DNA of 64,000 bases from Podarcis pityusensis. Lineage: Eukaryota. This document shows positions 1 to 64,000 of this stretch, piece by piece. The notes beneath the pieces were generated by a model. That model was not told the origin of the DNA, did not search any database, and saw only the letters and a program-made list of their open reading frames with translations. The DNA lies in the NCBI GenBank assembly GCA_964106645.2, contig OZ067042.1; one strand, written 5' to 3'. The stretch's first letter is position 1. The number at the start of each line of letters is the position of its first letter. The translations under genes and the position numbers were made by a program.

Positions 1-1114
1 GAATGTAAATGCGTGTTGAAGTTTGAGGCCTTGAGTAATTAAGGTGGGGCTTGCAGTTTGGTTATACACTGATGATAATTGAATGATTTTGCAGGGATTA
101 GCGAGTTCATTCTGCTTTTTGCACAGTCAGGACAGAAAATGGAGGTAGCAGAGCTTTCCCTCTTCTTATAAACTTTATAAATCAAGTATATGAGGAAAAT
201 GGAAGGTGCAACTTCAACTGAGTTACTGAGAATTTAAAATATGGCTATGTTTTCATGGGAGGTATGTGTGTGAGTGTGTGTAAAGGGTGTATGGATCTGG
301 CCCCTGCCAATGCTGGGATATAGCCCCCAACAACTTTCCATGCACCCCTCAGCCTAAAAAGGTTCTACGTTGTGATTGGAGGAGTCCCCATATGTCATCC
401 ATTGGATCATACTGATGAAGTGAATCTTAATGTGTTAAGTCTTTAAGGTGCCACAAGCAGACCTGCCAACTGTCCCATTTTAAAGTCAGTCCCGGCTTCT
501 GTTTCTATCCTGGAATGTCCTTTTTTTTTTTTTTTGGTCTGTTGCTCTGGCATGAGTGCCTGACCAAAAGACACTCACTCTGGCGATTGTCAGCACAGTC
601 GCACCAAAGCAGCTTCTGGTTCATCACTCTGGTGCGACTCTGTCGACGATCGCTGGAGTGCCGGATGAGAGTTGGGTGGGAGGGTGAGTGGGAATGGGGG
701 GGGGGCAAGGGTGAGCAGCACAGGCAAGCAGTGAGTGGTTGTGAAGGGCGAGCAGTGGGGGCGGAGGCATGGCGGAGGCATGGCGGTGGTGGCGGCAGGC
801 CTACCCCACACCCGCTGAACTTAGCTGTTCCCCTTAAATTTGGTGGCAGGCACTGTCTATCAGCCTGTGCTCAGGTAAGATTCATCAGGCCCCCCCCACA
901 TATGTGGAATATGTGTGTGGGGTGGGGGTGGGGTGGGGTGTGGGGTGTGGGATGGAAGCAAAACGTCTTGGGCTATTAATGCTGTGGCACATTTAGGTCA
1001 CTCTGAAAAAGGGCAGACTTGTCAGAAGAGCAAGGCTAGGCCTTGGCCTGTGAAAGAAAAGGGTGTTAATCTCTCTCCCCCCCCCCCGCTCTACCTCTCT
1101 CTTGTCTCTCTTAG

Positions 1115-54490
<53,376 letters not shown>

Positions 54491-57400
54491 CCTAAAGGGC
54501 CGCCCATCTCATCAAACCAAGTGAAATAATGGGTGCTGTTTGAGGGTCCCCATTTTAAATTTGGATCTCTTCTGTCATTCATCCCGCCAGATGCCTGCGC
54601 CACAGAGCGATCCATCTCAAGTTACAGTTTCATTGGCCAAATTCATTTCTGTTGTAACTTTAGAAGCCTGGTACACCCTGGAATCCTTGTGCACATGTGA
54701 TCTTCCGCCCATCTCTTTATTGGGTGACCTAGGTGACATATGACCACTAACAAAGCAAGAGTCTTTTTTTAAAAATAAAAATGATTTAATTTTTAAAGCA
54801 ACTGTTCAATTTAAGGAGAAAAGAATCTGTAAAAGTGTGAACATTATAAAACATGTTACTCAAAGGAGATAAAAGTGATAGGATTGTGTTCAGCTAATTC
54901 ATAACTTATTGACATTTTACTTGATAGAGCAAGAAAGAGTAGGATGAGATTATATTTATAAAGTATTTATTTCTATTTACTTCACTGAAAAATGTACATT
55001 CTGTTTATCATGTGGTGTTGTTTTTTTCCACCTACGCACATACATTATGCTGCATCTCATTTCTGCTGAAAGAAAAGATGTGGAAGTGAGTCGGTGTAGT
55101 GATGGGAGAGGGCCCTGTCAGCTATTTTTGTGAGCCTATCTTGGTTTTCTTTCAAATACTGCACTTGCTGCCTAGCAGGTTTCCCATTTTGAGCAAAAGG
55201 AATAGCTGGTAGGGAAGGGATTAAACGCCCTCTCCACTAGCATTATTTGTTCCCATGAGCAACCTCCAAAGGTTGCTTTTCATTTAAAGAAACAGTCAAC
55301 ACCCCCTCCCCAATCTATCAGTGGGATGCTACGTGCATCTGCATGTAACATTGAAATTGACCTTCAATCTTAATGGGGATGTTTTGCTGGAGGTGAGTTC
55401 ATGTTTTCCCAAGAAAGGAATGGTGGGAGGGGGATTTGCTTCACCCTTTCCCCATCGGCCATTATTCATGGTATCGGAGGAACAAGTTGGGCCACTTTAT
55501 CATCATTTTTGTTGCAGGCAGTGTTCAGTAAGTTCCTGTGACGCTCACACAACCACATCCTACACAGCAGTTGAAAATAGTAACAGTTGCACTATCTGAG
55601 AGAAGAATTGCATTTTCCAAGGTACTTAATAAAAACTCTCACAGTATTTAGGGAACACTTGGGAGAAATACAATATCTGCTCAAGCAGAAGTGCATCTTC
55701 AAGGGCCTGGGCTTCTCAGAATAAGTGAAAAACTACTATATGTTTATTACACTCAAAACTGATTGTCTGGAAATAACCATTGTCATTTTCTTTTAAGAGA
55801 AAAGTAGGTTTGAAATAGATTACTTTACGTAGCAAGACTGATAGGACCCTTGTATAAGATTTGAACACTGTGTTATAAAAGAGACCTCTTTTCACTCTTG
55901 TATCTAGTGATATGTTAAAAGTCTCCTTCAAAAATACACCTGCATCTTCAGCAATTATTTCTGGTAAAACAAATAGTCAATTTTATTTCAAATTTGGGTA
56001 AGACAAAGTAAAACAAATAATAGTTTTTTGGCACCAATCAATTAAGCATGACTCATATCTGATTTTAAGAATCTCCTGTTAACTCTTTATATATAGGAAC
56101 CTATTTTACAGCCCACTCAAATCAATATGTGGTAGTTAATCCCCATGGTTTACATTCCCTTTATGCATAAACAGCAAAATTAAATACCCTTGGTGGCAAC
56201 TTTGATTCATTTTAACTTCCCAGCCTAAGTCTAAATATTATATAATTAAAATCCATAACTGATTCTCAGTTTCTAATCAGTGGTGATTATTACTCTCTTA
56301 TCAGTGTCTGATCTAGTAGAAGCCTTTCAACAACAAAATTTGCAGTCAGACAGCAACCAACTAATGAATTTCTCTGAAATGTCCTGAGTGATTGTCATGC
56401 TATAAGTTCAAAGTTACCTTGGGCTACGTTGAAGAAATCATCTGTACTTGTTTTAAAAAAGAACAGGACAAGTACAGCCCTGAACATGTTTCTTGGAAGT
56501 AAGTCTTTCAGTGTTCAGTGGGGCTTACTCCCAAGTAATTATGCACAGGATTGAAGGCTGTCCTAGAACAAGGAAGTCATATATAGGATCACAACACTTA
56601 TCTTTCATACAAAAACATAACTTTAAAAATATTTTACTTCATTTATGTCCATATCAAATTGTCAAGAGATTTAATTATGTTAGTGGCAATGGATGAAGAC
56701 GTTGTGTCAGTACCTTCCTTGTCCATACAATCAAGAGATGCAAAAATGTATATGTAACCTTGCCTTGTGAATGAAGAAGTAGAGCTTGGAAGAGCTGCAT
56801 TTTATGGGGAGTGATAGATTGATAAGAGGCATGGCTTAGGTCAGCCAACCTGAAGACCATGTTCCTGACAGTGTGAATATTGGGCTACAGTCTGGTCTTG
56901 CTCAAGTGTTCCATGTTTCTGGGGCCAGCAAACCTGCAGACAACATGACTGACTTGAGTTAGGGATCAAAGGCTTGACCCAAAGCCCCTAAAAATGAAAG
57001 GCAATGTTTGACTCAGGGCTTAAATGCAATGACACACACACACAAAAAAAAAAGAATTGTGAACTCAACAAATTGACAATAGCTTAATGGAGATCATCCA
57101 GTCTCCAGCTAGCATGGATATCCTGAAAGGATTTGTTTGTTTAGTACTTTAGTTGGAATATTAAACAGAGATCTAATGGTCCATCATAGTGTTATTTAGA
57201 TAACCCAGCATATCATTATGTTTGGCATATTTTCTGCTGGTTATGGCTTTATCCATTGCCAAAATGTCAAGCCACGTTGATATAGTTATCAACCACTCTT
57301 CAGACAATCTGAGAAGAGTCTCCACTGATTTACTGTCATTTTACTTAATTTGAAATGTAAAGATTTTTGAATGATCCTTTTATTAATTGTTTAATTTCAA

Positions 57401-58380
57401 GTATCATCTAGACCTTTGTTAGGGGGCAAAAAACAGCATTTCTGAATAAAGCATATTTTGGAAAGTCCTGCAGGAAAAGGAACCTATTAAATGAAGCATA
57501 AAATACTGACAGGATGGACTTCCATCTCTGCTCTGTTTCACACAACCATATCATTATAATTATCTCAAGGTGGAGGCTGGTGAGAGAAAATAATGTTATA
57601 CAAGAAAAATAATTTCAGATTATGTCTTACTTATCCCATTCCATAGATTATATATTGGTTAGAGACTGGTCTTCAGTAACTGTAAAAGCCAGTGTTATTT
57701 TGTTCACATAAAACTCTTTCCCATTCCAATAAATTATTGGGAAATAAGGAGCTCACCTAAAATATCAAATGCTCTCTGAACTGCCCTTCTGTAGGGGGAT
57801 AGCAGAGCCCAGTATAAGTAGTCTTATAAATTATCAAGGAGCAACAGGAAAGCAGAGAAACAAGTAAAAGCAGCGCAATTAGCTAATAACTGTGGGACTA
57901 AGAGGCGGTTGCTTATCCATATGGTAACATGCAAAAGTGACAACACAAGATGTATAACTCTCTAATATGCTCTTACTGTTTCTTTCTGTTGTGTGTTCAA
58001 TGAACTGTAGGGAGGATCACTATCATTCATGAGCTGTGACTCAATATCAAGATCTTACTGTATAAAAATGAAGGTTGTGGTTACTTTTTATTTTTTATTA
58101 ATCTTATTTTGCCTGTGCTTCCATTATCTAGTTTGTCCAAATGAGTTCTTCCTGTGACATCATCTCCAAATGCTGGGAGACCATTTCTCTTGCTTTGTAT
58201 ATATGTGATTGCTGTGGACACACCCTGTACCACTGTATAAATAACAATACTGAAGTAATCGAGTCTAGTTTTCTTGATGTCTTAAAGCTATTGAGTGTTG
58301 GAAATTAGGGTCTTCAACTGTTTGTGTACACTTAAGGCATTGTTCAGTTAAAGAAATAAATGTGGCATTTATGCAAATAG
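54491..58380 (+). other. KIF1A: Probable KIF1A 3'UTR (~3.9 kb)
   Basis: AT-rich, repeat-poor stretch after the stop codon, ending in a U-rich block with TGTA motifs and AATAAA at 58355-58360; the end point is inferred. Confidence 0.6.
58355..58360 (+). terminator. Candidate distal polyadenylation signal of KIF1A
   Basis: AATAAA preceded by several TGTA elements and followed by GT/T-rich sequence (ctctgttcttgacctctggcttgttctct). Confidence 0.55.
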
Positions 58381-60369
58381 TGGACACTCTGTTCTTGACC
58401 TCTGGCTTGTTCTCTTAACCAAATGTTGTATTGTTTCATCAAAACAAAGCATTCTTTTTTTGGGGGGGGGGTTTAAATTCAGAAGTAAACAAATATGGAA
58501 AGTACTATTTTCCCAGTTCGTACAAGAGAGCTTTCCTTTAAATATTCTGTGCCTATAACGTTGATGGCCAGTTGGTGTCCATGCCCTATAGGCCACATGC
58601 CAGGTGAGAAAGGTACTCTTCTTATGCACAGAAGACAATTTTATCTTGCCCTAAGCAGCCCCACCAAATTTTATCAAAGGTACACACTTTTTTTAACCTT
58701 CAAATTGTTTTCAGAAGTCATGAGAGTGATATTCTACACGTTGGTGTTATTTTAAAGATGTCCAGCGATCTCCAACATGGCTTACAACTTATTAACACAA
58801 CATATGACTCGCCAAAGCAGTTAAGACAATAATTTATTTTATTTAGAACACTTCCATTGTGTCGTTCACCCATGGTCAGCAAATGCACAATAAGCAGCAC
58901 AATTATATATTATATAGACTATCTTAAAAGGAGAAAAAAAGAAAGAATGATATTACTAGTGTTAAAAATTGGGGCAAAGTAACTTTAAAACTGGCACTTA
59001 ACATTAATGTGGTCAGCAGGCAAACATGTCTGGGGAGGACATTCCATATTGACAGAAAAGGTCTTGTCCCTGGTAGGCACTCACATAAACTTATGAAGGT
59101 GGGGAACACCCAGACCAGAATTTTTGCTGACAATCTTAATACACAGGCAGATGCATATGAGAGGTGGACTCTCCTAGTTCCTGGCTATGTAATATGTGAC
59201 CCAATGTGGGTCAGAGCAAGCCTGGAGAATGGAGGATGACAGGGAGATGAAACAACAGGGAGATGAAAGAAAGGAGGAAAGACAGCTAACTAGGGCAAAA
59301 GGAGAAGAGGAAGCATGGGGGTTATCAGAGCAGTTGTGGCCTGATGAAGACTTACCTCTTTCAACATGCTTTTTAAGTTGACTCTTTCAGAGTCTGCATC
59401 TGTGTTGGAATTGTTTTAAATATGCTACTGTTTTGTTGCTTGTTGTTTGCCACGCTGGGCTCCTTTGGAAGGAAGGGCAGGAAATAAATTTAATAATAAA
59501 TAAATAAAAGCACATGCTCTACCACTGAGCCTATGGACCACTTTGTCAATATTAAATACCCCTCCAACCCAACATCACAGGACACCATTCCTTGCAGCCT
59601 ATGGCACCTCTGGATAAGCTGAAAGACATAGCGAGCAAATATTTTTTCTAACCACAATTCAATTAATGTAGGCTGGGTGGACAGTTGCAAAAGAGTACAG
59701 GGCTCTGTTAGAGTAGACCAAAGATCTGTCTTATTCAACATTCTTTTTCCGACAGTGGCCAAGTAGGTGATACAAGAGCTACTTCGATTCCCTCTTCTAC
59801 ACAACTACTAAGGGTGCAGTAGCAATGTCTTATTTTGCCTCTAGCTGCCCAGCTAGAGCAAGGATGGGAAAAAGGTAGGTCGGAATTACTGACCGATCTC
59901 TGTGAGAATTCCAGTTCATCAGCCAAGATTTTGAGTCTCGATCGGTCAAAACCAAAATGGGCTTCTCGCCTTCTCAATTAGGTTGCTGAGATTCCCGTAT
60001 ACTCTGCATCCTGTGTTCTCCCACCATTAGGGGCCTTAGCTACACTTATCCTTGCCTTGTCCTGTGCTTAGAAAGCACTTTCCCACTTGTCTCGTGCTTT
60101 TTAGGCACTGATCCATAGGTGTCAACGTTTCCCTTTTTTAAAGGGAAATTCCCTTATTCCGAATAGGATTCCTCGCAAGAAAAGGGAAAAGTTGACAGCT
60201 ATGCACTGATCCCAGCGGCTATGCCTTTGCCGCCACCTTCCCCCCCCCCCAAAAAAAACCCCACAACACTGGCTTTTTATCCTTAAATCAGGTCCCATAT
60301 CATCCACACTTCCTCTTGCCTTGCTCAGGCATCATCTAGTGGCAGCTTCATATTGTTACAAAAAAGTAA

Positions 60370-61420
60370 CCAATCCATCCCAGCGGCGGGGGGAGGAGTT
60401 GTTTCAAAGCACACCTGTGGAGGATCATTAATTTGACCTACAAAGCTAACATGAGGGGCAAGATCCCCCGCCCCGCAGAAGCCTCGTCCTCTTGGTGCCC
60501 CGTCAATATTTTTCCGCCTCCCGCTATTGCAAAAAAGCATCTCACTGCAGGGTAGAAAAGTAGCAGAACGCGGCGCGTCATCAGAGCGTTCGAACGAAAA
60601 ACTGGCGGGCCCGCCCCTAAGGATGATTGGCAGGCGCCAACTCCTCCTTGATCCCTGAGCCATAGGAATAACGGAGCCTGACTTACAACCTTCTAGTCCC
60701 GCCCTCCAGAGCGGCTGGCCTATGAAAAGGCCCGCGTTTCTTTTGGTTGTTTTTTGGCGAGGGTGCTTTAGCCACGCCCCTCTAAAGGAGCGATTAGCCG
60801 AGGGAGGCGAGCAGCCAATGAGAGCTCCGCCTCACGTCGGTGATTGGCATCCAGGTGGGCCTTTGCGAGTGGAGGAGGAGGCAGAGGAGGTCGCCGCGGC
60901 TCGGGCCGGCCGCCGCCGAGTGCGAGGCTGGATGGATCTGTTCGGGGACCTTCCCGACGCGGCCCCTTCGGCAGCTGTGGAGGCGGTGGCAGGTAAGCGC
61001 CCCGGGCGCCCTTCGGGGCCTGGACTTCGCCGACCGCTTGGCGGAAAGGAGCCTTCGGCTGTCGGCCTCAGGAGCCGGGCTGGAGCTTAGCCGCCCGCCC
61101 TCCTTCCCTTCCCGGAGCCTTGAATTCGCCTCATTTCTTGGCGGGGAAGGGAAGGCGCCGCCTGCACTCGGGGCCACCTGCGCAGCCATGGTCCCTTCGA
61201 AGAGCGGCCAAGGCCCCAGGTGGGCGCATGCACGGGCTGTGTTGTTTTTTTCATGCCCAGGATTAGCCCCGCTTTGCTAAACACGGTGCAGCACGCATGC
61301 GCGTGTGAACTCGTACACGGATGCACGCGTCGCGTATTGACACCGGGATGCGCGCACGCGCGTCCTTTCCTTGGGTGAAAGCCCTAGCGCGCACTCACAC
61401 ATACACACGCATGGGTAACG
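60370..61420 (+). promoter_or_regulatory. CpG island / TATA-less promoter of ILKAP
   Basis: Only strongly CpG-dense block in the window. CCAAT at 60370 and 60815, ATTGG at 60626 and 60843, GC boxes (gcccgcccc 60609, gccacgcccc 60771). Spans exon 1. Confidence 0.88.
60932..60992 (+). CDS. ILKAP: ILKAP exon 1 coding part (MDLFGDLPDAAPSAAVEAVA)
   Basis: ATG at 60932, donor GCAG|gtaagc. Confidence 0.94.
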
Positions 61421-63522
61421 GCTTCCGAGGTACTGTAATTGCTGCTGCTTCCGTGACTTTCCAGTACTGTATTGTTTTGACTGTTAGCTGCTAGGAAGGG
61501 AGGAGGAGCAACTGATTCTGCCCCCAGGGGAATGATTATTTTTTTAAAAAGAAAGAAGTCAATCTGTCCCTTGTGGTCACATGTTCTCAAATTGATATCT
61601 GTTGTTGTGTCTCTTTATTTTTTAGGGAAAGAAGGGCAGAAAGGAATTTTGCTTTTTGATGAACTTCCGTCAGTCAGCAGCACTGACTTTGGTATGATTC
61701 TTGTATACATCATGTCTTTCACTGACTAGCATGGTCATCTCCTTTTCCTCCTTTTGTTTTGTTCGTTAGGCCCTTATGTAGTGATGTGCCCTCCTTATGC
61801 CTCAGGGGAAGACTAGCAGGCACTCTTAATCCTCTTCATGTATGTAACTTGCTTTGAGAAAAGAAGGACACCATTGCTCCTTTGAGAAAAGCAGGACACC
61901 ATTGTTCCTTGACTAATGTTTTTCTTTATGGCAGTTCTTCAAGCCATATGTACTCTTTGTCCCAGCCCCAACTTACTACATGTATGTCGAAACTCCATCA
62001 CAAAGTGGGCCTTTACTCCTGGGCAAGAAGTTGTGTTTATTATTTATTAATGTGCATTCATTACTTGCTATGTAAAATGTCTCCAGGTGACTTTCAGTTG
62101 TAAATTTTTTTAAAAAAAATACAAGTTAAAACATAAAAAGAATAAAACAGCTATTTACTCAAAAGTGCTCATCCTGCAATATTATAGAAAAAAACAAATC
62201 CTACCCTGGCCCACTAAAAGCTTGAACACCACAACACACTAGTGCAGGGCCTTTGATCCTCCAGATGTTGCTGAACTACAACTTCTGTGAGCCCCAGACA
62301 GAAATGGTGGGCATTTTAGTTCAGTAATGCCTGGAGGCTAAAAATTTCCCAAAATGTGGGTAGGGTATCATCATATATGGTCCCAACTAAGAACCAAATG
62401 CCTGAGTAAACAGGAACATTTTTGACTGGCACTTAAAAGTGAATAATGATGGATATAGTTGCTGCTTCTGGCTGGGGGGGTTCTCTGACTCAAGGTGCCT
62501 GTAGGATTGGGAAGATGCTGTGCTGATGTCCCAACTGTGATTTACCCCTTGGCTGAACCCTGTCTCTTTGTTTAGCATGGGCGCCATTCCTGTATCACAG
62601 GGCCTTGACCATCCAAGCCTGCATTTGTAATGTGTAGCTACATGCCTAAGTTTACTTTTGTTCTTCGGCTTGCTACACAAGCAGCATTTCTACATCGCAC
62701 TCAGGTTTACCGGTAGAGTGATTACAGAGACATTGCTGATAATACAAAGGCTGGTTGCTGTAGAACAGACATTTTAGCTTGGCAGTGCTGTTTTATAGAT
62801 TGTGTGTTCTTTATGAAACTATCTGAGAAATCTGTTTGCTCTGGGACCTGGATTCTGGACACATGTTTCCTTGTGTTTTAGGAACTGGAGGCTCTTTGCT
62901 TTTTGACGACCTCCCACCTGCCAGCAGCGGAAACTCAGGTGAGCAGTAGTCTCAACATTTCTGTCTTGCTGTTGATTGCACTGCTGTAATAGGATCACAC
63001 CTGAGAATGAAACATGCTTGAGTGCTTCAGAAGTTGGTTAACTGAAGGGCTTCATCAAATAGTCACATGTGAACATTTTCAGGCTCAAAAGTAGTGGTTT
63101 GAAGGAGGTGGATTGTTCCCTCCACCCTCTTTGTCTCTTCAGCTCTTGTGTGTTGGCTGTTCACTTCCCCACTGGCAACTGCTTTGGTACCATCTTTTAT
63201 TGCTGTTGATACTAGAGCTTCCTCTAGCTAGGATTATATAAAGGGGAAATCAAGGGTGGTGTAGCCAGTGTTACAGCATAATTTGGCCCATCTCATCTGG
63301 CTGCATAATCCCAGCCAGTCAGGGATTGTGTACTCTGTCACAGTATCACTTGAGTAAATGACTCGGATAAATAAAATAACTGACCAACATTTTGTTCCTC
63401 AGCTTCACATCCTGCAGAGCAAGTTTCTCTTCCCGTGAGCCATGGGAAGGGAGAGAAGAGGAAATCCACGGAGGGAGAGAAGAATGGGAGTGAAGAACTT
63501 GTGGAAAAGAAAGTTTGTAAAG
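60932..63522 (+). CDS. ILKAP: Integrin-linked kinase-associated serine/threonine phosphatase 2C, spliced CDS span, 3'-partial (exons 1-4; catalytic domain lies beyond the window)
   Basis: Spliced translation MDLFGDLPDAAPSAAVEAVAGKEGQKGILLFDELPSVSSTDFGTGGSLLFDDLPPASSGNS...KRKSTEGEKNGSEELVEKKVCK matches the recalled human ILKAP N-terminus (MDLFGDLPEP...GKEAQKGPLLFDDLPPASSTDSG...EKNGSEELVEKKVCK). Confidence 0.95.
61626..61691 (+). CDS. ILKAP: ILKAP exon 2 (GKEGQKGILLFDELPSVSSTDF)
   Basis: ttag|GG...TTTG|gtatga, 66 nt, phase 1-1. Confidence 0.94.
62882..62938 (+). CDS. ILKAP: ILKAP exon 3 (GTGGSLLFDDLPPASSGNS)
   Basis: ttag|GA...TCAG|gtgagc, 57 nt, phase 1-1. Confidence 0.94.
63403..63522 (+). 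CDS. ILKAP: ILKAP exon 4 (ASHPAEQVSLPVSHGKGEKRKSTEGEKNGSEELVEKKVCK)
   Basis: tcag|CT...AAAG|gttttc, 120 nt; the donor is weak and was placed by protein homology. Confidence 0.88.
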
Positions 63523-64000
63523 GTTTTCAGACACTCTGAAGCCACATATTTTCTATTCTACTGCTGCCTTAAATTAGGGCAAAAGTGAGATTGCTTCCTG
63601 TTGTGATCATTCTTAGGAATGAGCAGGGGGAGGAGTATAAGATGCTCATGAACAAATGTCTCACCTCTGCAGAGTTTCCTGCTTTTAAGGGTATTCTTGT
63701 TTCCTTGCAGACACTATTGTGTCTGTATTATATCGGTAAGCCATGTTTCCTCCAAGGAGTGAAGGACAATGTATGTATCTGTTGCCCCCTCTTCTCCTCA
63801 GAACAACTTTGTGAGAGAGGCTGGTGGTGGTAGCTTTTTCATGACAGTTCTGGGTTGCTTTTCAGGCAGCTGAGTCCTCAGTGTGGCTCACAATAACAAG
63901 GTGCTGTGCACAATTCAAAACAAGAATTGCCTAATAAGATGAATGAGGATCTGAAGACAGGCCTGTGTCCATGTCTCTTTATCCACTGCCACAAAAGCTT

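Noticed and set aside
515-979. 154-aa ORF
   Set aside because: Derived from poly-T and G-rich low-complexity or decayed repeat sequence.
60722-60931. In-frame upstream ATGs extending ILKAP (ORF 60722-61090)
   Set aside because: The extension overlaps CCAAT and GC boxes (one ATG is part of CCAATG), so it is probably upstream of the TSS. Homology starts at MDLFGDLP, and GC-rich islands are stop-poor.
60325-61326. Several 80-150 aa ORFs on both strands in the CpG island, suggesting a divergent gene
   Set aside because: Low-complexity Ala/Arg/Pro/Gly translations with no recognisable domain, as expected from GC content.

Overview
Vertebrate genomic DNA, almost certainly from a squamate and probably a lacertid lizard, judged from the Sauria SINE, Squam-type SINEs and lizard-type L2, CR1 and hAT MITEs. 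About 58 kb of the + strand is the 3' two-thirds of KIF1A (neuronal kinesin-3). I could trace 31 constitutive coding exons from the FHA domain to the PH domain and stop codon (1115-54490), followed by a ~3.9 kb 3'UTR. KIF1A also carries the alternative acidic exon (homologue of human exon 25b), two recognisable microexons (27 and 24 nt) and one GC-AG intron. About 2.5 kb downstream, a CpG-island promoter starts ILKAP (PP2C-family phosphatase, + strand, exons 1-4 in the window). Most entries in the ORF track are spurious or exon read-throughs. The most interesting layer is hidden splicing information in KIF1A introns. It includes frame-preserving candidate microexons I do not recognise (17244-17270, 30488-30502), candidate poison exons, a KIF1B-like second acceptor in the acidic exon, recurrent ACUAAC/UGC/UGCAUG/CUG motifs, and a multi-hairpin intronic element. 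Gene identities rest on recalled human protein sequences; no database search was run.
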